From a virus (taxonomy: Duplodnaviria; Caudoviricetes): a stretch of 25,949 nucleotides of DNA. Location of the stretch: positions 1 to 25,949 of IMG/VR virus record IMGVR_UViG_3300037634_002155; one strand, 5' to 3'. The notes below the pieces were generated by a model that made no database searches, had not been told where the DNA came from, and saw nothing but the letters and a program-made list of their open reading frames with translations. Within the stretch, counting starts at the first letter, position 1. Each line of letters begins with the position of its first letter. Both the position numbers and the translations under genes were made by a program. Shown one piece after another: positions 1 through 6,690 of this stretch.

Positions 1-41
1 AACCGGCAAGGCGCTCTGTTTGGTTTGTGTGGTCTATCTGC

Positions 42-938
42 TTAATGCACTCCGATCAATACGGGTGTTTGTTTAGTGTCACTGCGACCACAAAAGTGTC
101 CAGACTTTGTGCAAGTTCCACATTTACCAGGACATACAAAAGCTTTTTTTATTCCGGCATCAATACCGGCAGTACGTACGGCGCTCTTATATTCCGGCGT
201 ATTGTATTTACCTTTTAGCTTTTTATCGATTTCTACGGCGATAAAATCGCCACGAACAATAGGCAATTGCGAAACTTGAGCTCGTAAATGTTCGGCGCTT
301 GCGCCATTGCTTAGGTTAAGCAAATAGTTATCGGGCCAGCCGATTTTTGGCGCTCGTTTTGTAGCATAGTCCAACAATAACTGCCAGGATTTAGAATAAC
401 CGTAAACGCGTAAATCAGGCCTGGAGCGCAACAACACAAACCAATACGTTACAGTCAACAAACTATCAAAATCGCCATCCACATATAACCGGCAGTCAAT
501 ACCCGCGGGTAGTTCCATAGTTTTTTTTGTGATAAGTTTGCGACCAATAGCCGATTTAATTAATAACGTATTTTGCACCTGGCGAAATAGCGCCGTCGGA
601 TAGCGCCAAGACTTAACCGTATAACAATATCCAGCGCCAGCCACATTATCCACAAACCAACAAGCTCCAGCGCCAGGACAAGTTACACCGGGTAGTGTGC
701 TAAAACTGGCAAAAGGTAACTTATTGTTTCCGTCAAGATTCCAAACCGAAAACGGCGTATTATCCGGCATTCCTTGGTCAATCCATTGTGCCAGTTTATT
801 GGCGTAATATTTCCAGGTTCCGCGAGTATTTGCGCCATCAATTTGGCGTAACAATTCTATCACTTTCGCGCTCTTACCAGCGCCGGCGGCTTGCGCTATT
901 TCCAGCGCTTGTTTTTTTGTCATAACAAACTTAGCCAT
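42..938 (-). CDS. Gp88-like phage protein (Cys-rich, radical-SAM-like Fe-S candidate)
   Basis: GNNKLP..FS.LPGVTCPGAGAC...CY, RLYVDGDF, YGYSKSW, NLS and C-terminal CPGKCGTC...HFC match my recollection of the GP88 family pattern. Confidence 0.75.
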   Translation of the reverse strand: MAKFVMTKKQALEIAQAAGAGKSAKVIELLRQIDGANTRGTWKYYANKLAQWIDQGMPDNTPFSVWNLDGNNKLPFASFSTLPGVTCPGAGACWFVDNVAGAGYCYTVKSWRYPTALFRQVQNTLLIKSAIGRKLITKKTMELPAGIDCRLYVDGDFDSLLTVTYWFVLLRSRPDLRVYGYSKSWQLLLDYATKRAPKIGWPDNYLLNLSNGASAEHLRAQVSQLPIVRGDFIAVEIDKKLKGKYNTPEYKSAVRTAGIDAGIKKAFVCPGKCGTCTKSGHFCGRSDTKQTPVLIGVH

Positions 939-1083
939 TATTTGACTGCTTTTTTAGGGCTAGTATTTCTTCACCTAAGTAATACGTATAGCTTTGCAAA
1001 TTCTCTATTCTTTCACTTTGTATTCTGGCATATACATACAAACCACAACAAACGAACATTAAAATAATTATTAGCAATTCCAT
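931..1083 (-). CDS. Small membrane-anchored protein (50 aa)
   Basis: ATG at 1083 directly after the upstream stop (1085); N-terminal hydrophobic helix MELLIIILMFVCCGLYVY; stop overlaps the Gp88 start. Confidence 0.65.
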   Translation of the reverse strand: MELLIIILMFVCCGLYVYARIQSERIENLQSYTYYLGEEILALKKQSNNG

Positions 1084-1084
1084 G

Positions 1085-1270
1085 TTATTTGTACTCCGGA
1101 ATAATGGTGAAACCACTACCGACGGTTTGTATCTGTGGTTTACGGTTTGCCAATTCGTAAAGGTGCGCAAACTCATCAAGAAAAAACTGTTCTATTGTTT
1201 GTGTTTTTGGTTTGCGCTGGGCTGTTGGCGCTTGTCGCCTGTCGTCAAACTGAAACTGTGACTGTTGCAT
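1085..1270 (-). CDS. Hypothetical protein, first gene of the leftward early operon
   Basis: GAGG RBS upstream of ATG; lies just downstream of the 1336-1308 promoter. Confidence 0.7.
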   Translation of the reverse strand: MQQSQFQFDDRRQAPTAQRKPKTQTIEQFFLDEFAHLYELANRKPQIQTVGSGFTIIPEYK

Positions 1271-1307
1271 AGTGTCCTCATTTGGTTAAAGTAATATGAT
1301 ACAGAGA

Positions 1308-1336
1308 AACTTAACCTGTTGTTAATTTCTTGTCAA
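1308..1336 (-). promoter_or_regulatory. Leftward sigma70 promoter with overlapping TTAAC-N5-GTTAA operator
   Basis: Minus strand TTGACA-17 nt-TAAGTT; palindrome TTAACCTGTTGTTAA at 1311-1325. Confidence 0.75.
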
Positions 1337-1418
1337 GCTTATAATGTATATATATCTGTTTTTGTTTAGCGATAACTTGCCGGCGTTTGTCCAGGTTAAC
1401 CGGCGCAACATATAAAAC

Positions 1419-1466
1419 CGGTTTATCTGGTTTGGTTTTTTCTCTGGTTTGTTTCTGGTTTGTTTG
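1419..1466. repeat. TCTGGTTTG / GGTTT short-repeat array
   Basis: TCTGGTTTG at 1426, 1443 and 1454 plus further GGTTT/GTTTG units. Confidence 0.7.
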
Positions 1467-1530
1467 TAAATAAATACAAGATAATACGATATCAATCAAT
1501 CCTGATTAAACCGGCAAACCAATTGAAAAC

Positions 1531-1618
1531 TGATTGAGATTGATTGAGATTGATTGAATCCGATTAGATTAGATTGGAATCGATTGCGATTGGATTAGAT
1601 TGAGATTAGATTAGATTG
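1531..1618. repeat. GATT short-repeat array with ~10 bp phasing
   Basis: 15 GATT copies in about 88 bp; in-phase copies at 1532, 1542, 1552, 1562, 1572, 1582, 1593, 1604, 1614. Confidence 0.9.
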
Positions 1619-1621
1619 CAC

Positions 1622-1650
1622 TTGACAATAGATTAACCTGACGTTAACTT
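1622..1650 (+). promoter_or_regulatory. Rightward sigma70 promoter with overlapping TTAAC-N5-GTTAA operator
   Basis: TTGACA-17 nt-TAACTT; palindrome TTAACCTGACGTTAA at 1633-1647, in the same register as in the leftward promoter. Confidence 0.75.
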
Positions 1651-1690
1651 GATTGTCAATCATATTACCTAACTAATCGAAAGGATTACG

Positions 1691-2026
1691 ATGGATACCC
1701 AACCCACACAGATGCAGATTACGATTGCAAATCATTTCAAATTTGATTGCATGTTGTTAGAGAATTTCGACGATGAACGCCCCAGCCAATACGATTCCGG
1801 ATCGGGGGCGTGTCAAAAATGGGTATGTGCAGAGGTTACCGATTTCCGTTCCGGGCGCGGTGCATGGCATATCGTCGAAATCAAATCGCCTGTTCCAGAA
1901 TGGGCGTTGGAAACGGCGAGGTTTTCCATTGATTATGATTCGTGGTATGTAAAGCTGGTCACGTCAAGGTTGGAATCGGCGTTGGAATGTGCTATGGATC
2001 TAGAAGAAAATATCGTAGCAGAATAA
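1691..2026 (+). CDS. Hypothetical acidic early protein
   Basis: AAAGGA RBS; first ORF after the promoter; about 20 D/E vs 9 K/R. Confidence 0.75.
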   Translation: MDTQPTQMQITIANHFKFDCMLLENFDDERPSQYDSGSGACQKWVCAEVTDFRSGRGAWHIVEIKSPVPEWALETARFSIDYDSWYVKLVTSRLESALECAMDLEENIVAE

Positions 2027-2087
2027 TTTAGAGAATCCCACATTTTTCATTATAATTTTAACAGGTTAAACAAACGGAGGAATCACA

Positions 2088-2546
2088 ATGGTATCAATGA
2101 ATGAGCATAACGAGATACAAAAACCAGAAGACGTGCAGTATAGCAGTCGCAACACTAATATCAAATACGAAGACGATCATTTTAATGACGGCATAGGTGA
2201 AGACGATCCGCCTACCGATACCAATCTACAAGTCAAGACGTTTTACTACTCAGCACGAGCATTAGAGCGCATTGAGTTACGGTTGTCCAGTATGGGCAAA
2301 TTGCACGATCTCGTTAAACGTGTTGAAGATCACTACAACGAGTATACAGAGAGTGGCGAACAGATAAACCACGAACGATATGATTACACCTCTACCCTCA
2401 CGCTTGAAGTCGAAGATGCGAAACAACTGGTCGAAGATTTACAAAAGGCTATCATTGTAGCCGAAACAGCTACAGCAGAGTATCGCGCCTACCAATCCGC
2501 TAAGTGGGCGGCTGAACGTGCAAAAAACGAGGCCGACAATGGCTAA
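2088..2546 (+). CDS. Hypothetical early protein (acidic N-terminus, helical C-terminus)
   Basis: GGAGG RBS; overlaps the next start. Confidence 0.8.
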   Translation: MVSMNEHNEIQKPEDVQYSSRNTNIKYEDDHFNDGIGEDDPPTDTNLQVKTFYYSARALERIELRLSSMGKLHDLVKRVEDHYNEYTESGEQINHERYDYTSTLTLEVEDAKQLVEDLQKAIIVAETATAEYRAYQSAKWAAERAKNEADNG

Positions 2547-3159
2547 AACAATCACAATATCAATGCCCGATAACGAATACGCTCATCCATTGTACGTGCC
2601 AAACGTCAAACGTGCATTCATTCAATACGATCCAGAGTTACAGGCACTCCACGCTGACTACACCGAAAACGATAGTGTGTTGGCAGAAGTAAGAGAAGGT
2701 GAGGTTTTTCAGTGGCCGATTGAAGTTAATAGGACACGCGAACAGATACAAGATGGCTTAGATACGATTAAAAACGCATTGGAATCCAATCAGGTTACAC
2801 CAGAGCAAATCACAGAAATTGCCAATGGTTCCACACTGCAAAAAGCGTCTACTGATATAGGCAGAGTGTTCGATTATTACGATAGTCTGGATTATAACGG
2901 CGGTGTGGCGCAAGCATACGATTGGGTAAATGTTGAGGCGTGGCTTGGCTCACAAACAACAGAAGAATTTTGCGAGGGGTTGAATGACGATCCATCAGAT
3001 CAATTACGTGAGTGGTTTGGTGATGGCGACCTCAAGCAAGAAGACGACGAAGGCAATCGGCATGTTCATCACGATACGGAGACTACCACGATAATTGGCC
3101 TATTGGATTACTGGCGCGACCGTGTAGACGAGTATCGTGCGGAAAAGGCGACGGTGTAG
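2539..3159 (+). CDS. Hypothetical strongly acidic protein
   Basis: ATG 2539 with GAGG RBS; about 43 D/E vs 16 K/R in 206 aa. Confidence 0.8.
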   Translation: MAKTITISMPDNEYAHPLYVPNVKRAFIQYDPELQALHADYTENDSVLAEVREGEVFQWPIEVNRTREQIQDGLDTIKNALESNQVTPEQITEIANGSTLQKASTDIGRVFDYYDSLDYNGGVAQAYDWVNVEAWLGSQTTEEFCEGLNDDPSDQLREWFGDGDLKQEDDEGNRHVHHDTETTTIIGLLDYWRDRVDEYRAEKATV

Positions 3160-3161
3160 CC

Positions 3162-3332
3162 ATGACTAAACAAGAAATACTGGAATGGCTAGAACGATTG
3201 GCTCAGTTTCGCACCGAATCGATTACCAACGAAACAGAGCGCGAACGCATGGCGGCCAACGAAGAGTTTAATACCGGGTTTGGTTGGCTGATACGCGATC
3301 TCAAAACGGATCTGGAAAGTGAGGCAAACTGA
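3162..3332 (+). CDS. Small hypothetical protein (56 aa, MTKQEILEWLERLAQF...), absent from the ORF track
   Basis: Fills the gap exactly: ATG 2 nt after the previous stop; TGATG overlap with the recombinase start. Confidence 0.75.
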   Translation: MTKQEILEWLERLAQFRTESITNETERERMAANEEFNTGFGWLIRDLKTDLESEAN

Positions 3333-4252
3333 TGACTGTATTATCATTGCCCCATCCGTCAGCAGATTTGCTTGGCCCGTTCCTGGAGTCACAAACCACA
3401 ACCCATACACGTATAGCTTACAGCGCCGATCTACGGGCGTTTTTTGGCACGGAGTTGATTACGATTGACCAGGTAACTTCGATTGGTTTTGAGGATGTTG
3501 AGCAATACCGGAACGAGCTCGTCGCGGAAGGCAAAAAGCCTACGACGGTGAACCGGTATCTCACCAGCCTGTTTGCGTTTTTCAAAAGGTGCGTAGCATT
3601 GGGTTTGATTGCACGTAACCCGGCAGACAGTGCATTGGTTAAACGATTGCGGATGGCCGATACCTCAGTAGGCAAAGCGATTGCACCCGAACACATTGCC
3701 GAAATGATTAGCCTTGCAAGCAAGCACGACAACCGTTTGATTGCATTGCGCGACGTAGCATTGCTCAAGGTTCTATTGTATGCCGGCCTACGGCGCAACG
3801 AGGCTTGCCATATGCAATGGTCTGACCTGATTGTTGAAGGCGGTCATACAATTGTTATACTGCGTGACACTAAGGCTCAAACCGATCAGCATGTAAAGCT
3901 GGCCCCTATCGTAGTTGAGGCACTCACCGCGTTGTCGGACGCATTAAACGGCCAGTTTGATTATGTGTTTGTCTCGCTGCATCACAAGAGCAGATACGGC
4001 AATCAGATCAGCAGTAAGGCCGTGCGCGATGTAGTGGTGCGATACGGCGAGATGATTGGCCTAAAGATCACCACACACCAGTTACGCCATACATGCGCTA
4101 CGTTGGCCATGGAAGGTGGAGCGAAACCCCAGCAGGTTCAATCTCATCTCAGGCACAAGGATATCAAAACGACCATGCGCTATTACACTGAACGCGATGC
4201 CCTATCGGACAACGCAACCGATTACATATCGATTGGAGTGGGCAATGAGTGA
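3332..4252 (+). CDS. Tyrosine recombinase, XerC/XerD/Cre type (no arm-binding domain)
   Basis: N-terminal core-binding domain (T..AY..DL..F; TVNRYL..L..FF) and full catalytic set GLRRNE, TK, HQLRH, LRHKD, TMRY. Confidence 0.93.
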   Translation: MTVLSLPHPSADLLGPFLESQTTTHTRIAYSADLRAFFGTELITIDQVTSIGFEDVEQYRNELVAEGKKPTTVNRYLTSLFAFFKRCVALGLIARNPADSALVKRLRMADTSVGKAIAPEHIAEMISLASKHDNRLIALRDVALLKVLLYAGLRRNEACHMQWSDLIVEGGHTIVILRDTKAQTDQHVKLAPIVVEALTALSDALNGQFDYVFVSLHHKSRYGNQISSKAVRDVVVRYGEMIGLKITTHQLRHTCATLAMEGGAKPQQVQSHLRHKDIKTTMRYYTERDALSDNATDYISIGVGNE

Positions 4253-4460
4253 GCAAACGCCCGGAGAGCGCATTAAAGAGGTGCGTGAGAGTTTAGGTTT
4301 GAGTCAGCGCACGTTTGCCGGTATGATTGGAGTCACGGCTATCGCGCAAAACCGGTGGGAACGCAACAAGGCAGAGCCATCTGAAACCATCGTACGGTTT
4401 GTCGAATTGATTGCAACATTGAAACCTGGAGCAGATTGGCTTAAATTGTATACGTCGTAA
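4245..4460 (+). CDS. XRE/Cro-family helix-turn-helix regulator (71 aa)
   Basis: IKEVRESLGLSQRTFAGMIGVTAIAQNRWERNKAEP; GGAG RBS; overlaps the recombinase stop. Confidence 0.9.
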   Translation: MSEQTPGERIKEVRESLGLSQRTFAGMIGVTAIAQNRWERNKAEPSETIVRFVELIATLKPGADWLKLYTS

Positions 4461-4486
4461 CCTTTTGGTTTACGGTAATATGATAG

Positions 4487-4526
4487 CAGTCGCTGATCGG
4501 GTCGTCCGGTTGGCGGCTGTTTTTTT
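4487..4526 (+). terminator. Rho-independent terminator of the rightward early operon
   Basis: 14-bp stem CAGTCGCTGATCGG/CCGGTTGGCGGCTG with 4 G-U pairs, followed by T7. Confidence 0.85.
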
Positions 4527-4538
4527 GTATATCACGTA

Positions 4539-4572
4539 ATGACATTGTATATGTTATGCTATACATTTGCCA
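4539..4572. other. loxP-like 13-8-13 site (candidate tyrosine recombinase target)
   Basis: ATGACATTGTATA-TGTTATGC-TATACATTTGCCA vs loxP ATAACTTCGTATA-ATGTATGC-TATACGAAGTTAT: 20/34 identical, 8-bp spacer, TGTATA/TATACA inner arms. Confidence 0.45.
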
Positions 4573-4610
4573 ACTGGCAATTCTTTTATAGTAACTTTTT
4601 TTCAAGTAAC

Positions 4611-4767
4611 AGACGGCTACACCCATCAGTATTTGATTGCCCCTACCCCTCAAAATTTCATGTGGTGAAAGATAAAAAGCAACTATATTGCTATTTTTGC
4701 AGTAATATAGGTGCATACCACGCAAAAATCTTTCATAAAAACCCTAAAAATTAGACGGCTACACCCA
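4611..4767 (+). repeat. 15-bp direct repeat AGACGGCTACACCCA bounding a structured AT-rich segment
   Basis: Exact copies at 4611-4625 and 4753-4767; partial copy ACGGCTACAC at 5650-5659. Confidence 0.8.
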
Positions 4768-4832
4768 CCCGAAATAAATTTGCATTAGAATATGTGCAGT
4801 GTATATTACACCACCCCCACAAGGAGATGGCT

Positions 4833-5516
4833 ATGACAGAGATTGCAAGTAGAGTAGCAGAGAACATTCAAATATTGTTGGATCGACTCTCCATGTCACA
4901 GACGACGCTGGCGGAAACCAGTGGCCTGAACCGCTCGACAATCCAAGAAATAATCAGCCACCGCACAACGCCTAACATTCAAACGCTCGACCAGATTGCG
5001 AGAGCGTTGGAGGTTGAGCCGGCGACGCTGATGAAATCTGGATTGGAAAAAGTAAAACTCACCGGCATCAAAAAAATTGATACAGCGATTGCCGAAATAA
5101 ACAATAATTTGTATAAGGGGCCATCGGCCAAAAAAACTATCGGTAAATATTTTGCGCCCGACTACTGCCTAAAATATGCAGACCGGCCAGTAGGAGACCC
5201 CCTGCGAGTTGGGCCTGGTCTGGACGAGGAACTCAAGGTAAACCACACGATAATCGAAAGCCAGCAGCCGATGGCGATCATTCGCACTGCGTGGGTCACG
5301 GGCAAACAAGTGCATACACTTTTGGAAGTTCGCCGCAATGCCAACTCACTGGATGACACTATAGCGGCGGCGCTACGTGCCGATGCCCATTTCCAAATCG
5401 CACAACTGATAGATACGTGGATGCTGGCTCATTCCGTAGACCACGTTGCAAATGAAGCTGCGCCAATAAAAATAGAGAGGAGACTGCTCAAATATTTAAA
5501 CAACAAATTCGAATAG
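4833..5516 (+). CDS. XRE-family transcriptional regulator (repressor candidate) with NTF2/SnoaL-like C-terminal domain
   Basis: N-terminal HTH (MSQTTLAETSGLNRSTIQEIIS..TTPNIQTLDQIARALEV); AAGGAG RBS before ATG 4833; no S24 peptidase motifs. The C-terminal fold call is tentative. Confidence 0.85.
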   Translation: MTEIASRVAENIQILLDRLSMSQTTLAETSGLNRSTIQEIISHRTTPNIQTLDQIARALEVEPATLMKSGLEKVKLTGIKKIDTAIAEINNNLYKGPSAKKTIGKYFAPDYCLKYADRPVGDPLRVGPGLDEELKVNHTIIESQQPMAIIRTAWVTGKQVHTLLEVRRNANSLDDTIAAALRADAHFQIAQLIDTWMLAHSVDHVANEAAPIKIERRLLKYLNNKFE

Positions 5517-5518
5517 CA

Positions 5519-5600
5519 TAAAAAAGAGGCCCACGCGGTGCTGATACACCGTGTAGGCCGGTAACAATCCACCCATCTCGCAAAAGAAAGTAGGAATGTT
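5519..5600 (-). ncRNA. Putative ~80 nt small RNA
   Basis: Starts downstream of a near-consensus promoter (5635-5607) and ends in hairpin 5528-5559 plus U6; no RBS-led ORF inside. Confidence 0.55.
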
Positions 5601-5606
5601 GTGAAT

Positions 5607-5635
5607 ATATTACTGAACAATCGTGCAATAGTCAA
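5607..5635 (-). promoter_or_regulatory. Leftward sigma70 promoter
   Basis: Minus strand TTGACT-17 nt-TAATAT. Confidence 0.7.
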
Positions 5636-5731
5636 GTGGCTAAAGTTGCACGGCTACACACTCGCCCTCACCCTCACATCGCTTTACGTTGTCGCGTTTC
5701 TGATTGTGCCTTTTGTTTGCGAGGTGCTGAA

Positions 5732-6226
5732 ATGACAGAGATTCGCACCTTTCCACCTAAAATTATTTTTGATTCCAAAGTTGTCGAGATCACCAAAGGC
5801 AAAGATAATCGCGGTGACCCGACCACGATTTTGCCGGACGGCACGGCGCACGACCTCATTCTCAATTACGACACGCCGCTTGAAAAGGATGGCAAATACG
5901 GGCCGTATTACATCTACAGCGTAGACCATTCCGGCATCACCCACACCATGTTCGCAAACCCCCGTCAACATGAGGCGATACAGAATGCCGGTGGACATCG
6001 AGGCTCAACGATCCATATCCAGTGTGACCGCGAGGAATTCACGGGTAGAGACGGCACACAAAAATGGGCGCCGGTCTGGACGGTTACCTGCACGGCTGCG
6101 CCCAATACCGCAGATACATTTTTAGCCTCTGAGGATGCCAAAGCGTCGGCTGAGAAAGCGGCTGAGGCGCTCTATGGCGAGCAACCAAAAGAAGAACAAG
6201 CTGATCTGTTGGGGGGTGATCTGTGA
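5732..6226 (+). CDS. Hypothetical protein, possible ssDNA-binding (beta-rich with acidic tail)
   Basis: GAGGTG RBS before ATG 5732; aromatic beta-strand motifs (GKYGPYYIYSV); acidic C-terminus. Function is inferred. Confidence 0.7.
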   Translation: MTEIRTFPPKIIFDSKVVEITKGKDNRGDPTTILPDGTAHDLILNYDTPLEKDGKYGPYYIYSVDHSGITHTMFANPRQHEAIQNAGGHRGSTIHIQCDREEFTGRDGTQKWAPVWTVTCTAAPNTADTFLASEDAKASAEKAAEALYGEQPKEEQADLLGGDL

Positions 6227-6690
6227 GTTTGCCCGAAGTTGGTTTTCGCCCTGACACACCCACCGCTTTAACAATTATCGACTGCGCCATTTGGCCGTAT
6301 ACGGTACAAGCCGGAACTACCCAAGCCAAGTTCAAGACGGACGCCCATTCTGCAATCCTAAAAGAGCTACAGCCGATGTCGATTGGTCAAGGCGATACCA
6401 TACAAGTAACGGCCAGCAAAGGCAGCGACGGTAGTGTAAAGTTTGCGGTTGAAATGATTGCACGACATCGACCGGAACCCAATACCGAAGAACATGCCGA
6501 ATGGAAATTTGAAGGCATTGTGATGATGATGCGCCGTTGTATTGCCTCTGCGATTACTAACTGCAAGGCGAACAACTTGGAGCCTACATCGGAACTGGTA
6601 GGCCCGATGGCTACGGCAATGTTCATCCAGAGTTGCAAAGCGTTCGACGTGAATTACCTAATCGGTGATCCGGATGATTTGCCGTTCTAA
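6223..6690 (+). CDS. Hypothetical protein ending in an SSB-type DDLPF tail
   Basis: GTGA overlap with the previous stop; C-terminus ...GDPDDLPF. Confidence 0.75.
   Translation: MSLPEVGFRPDTPTALTIIDCAIWPYTVQAGTTQAKFKTDAHSAILKELQPMSIGQGDTIQVTASKGSDGSVKFAVEMIARHRPEPNTEEHAEWKFEGIVMMMRRCIASAITNCKANNLEPTSELVGPMATAMFIQSCKAFDVNYLIGDPDDLPF

Noticed and set aside
1333-1360. dif-like ATAATGTATA core
   Set aside because: Only the central 10 nt match E. coli dif; no XerD arm (TTATGTTAAAT); AT-rich promoter context.
1311-1499. 62-aa minus-strand ORF
   Set aside because: Runs through the repeat array and promoter; TTG start and no RBS.
1465-1530. Protelomerase (telRL) palindrome
   Set aside because: No long perfect palindrome, only GATATC and short imperfect repeats.
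4441-4754. ORFs 4441-4725 (-) and 4539-4754 (+)
   Set aside because: They cross a terminator and regulatory repeats, lack an RBS and have atypical composition.
4611-4767. Mini CRISPR array
   Set aside because: Only two 15-bp repeats with a 127-bp spacer, and no cas genes.
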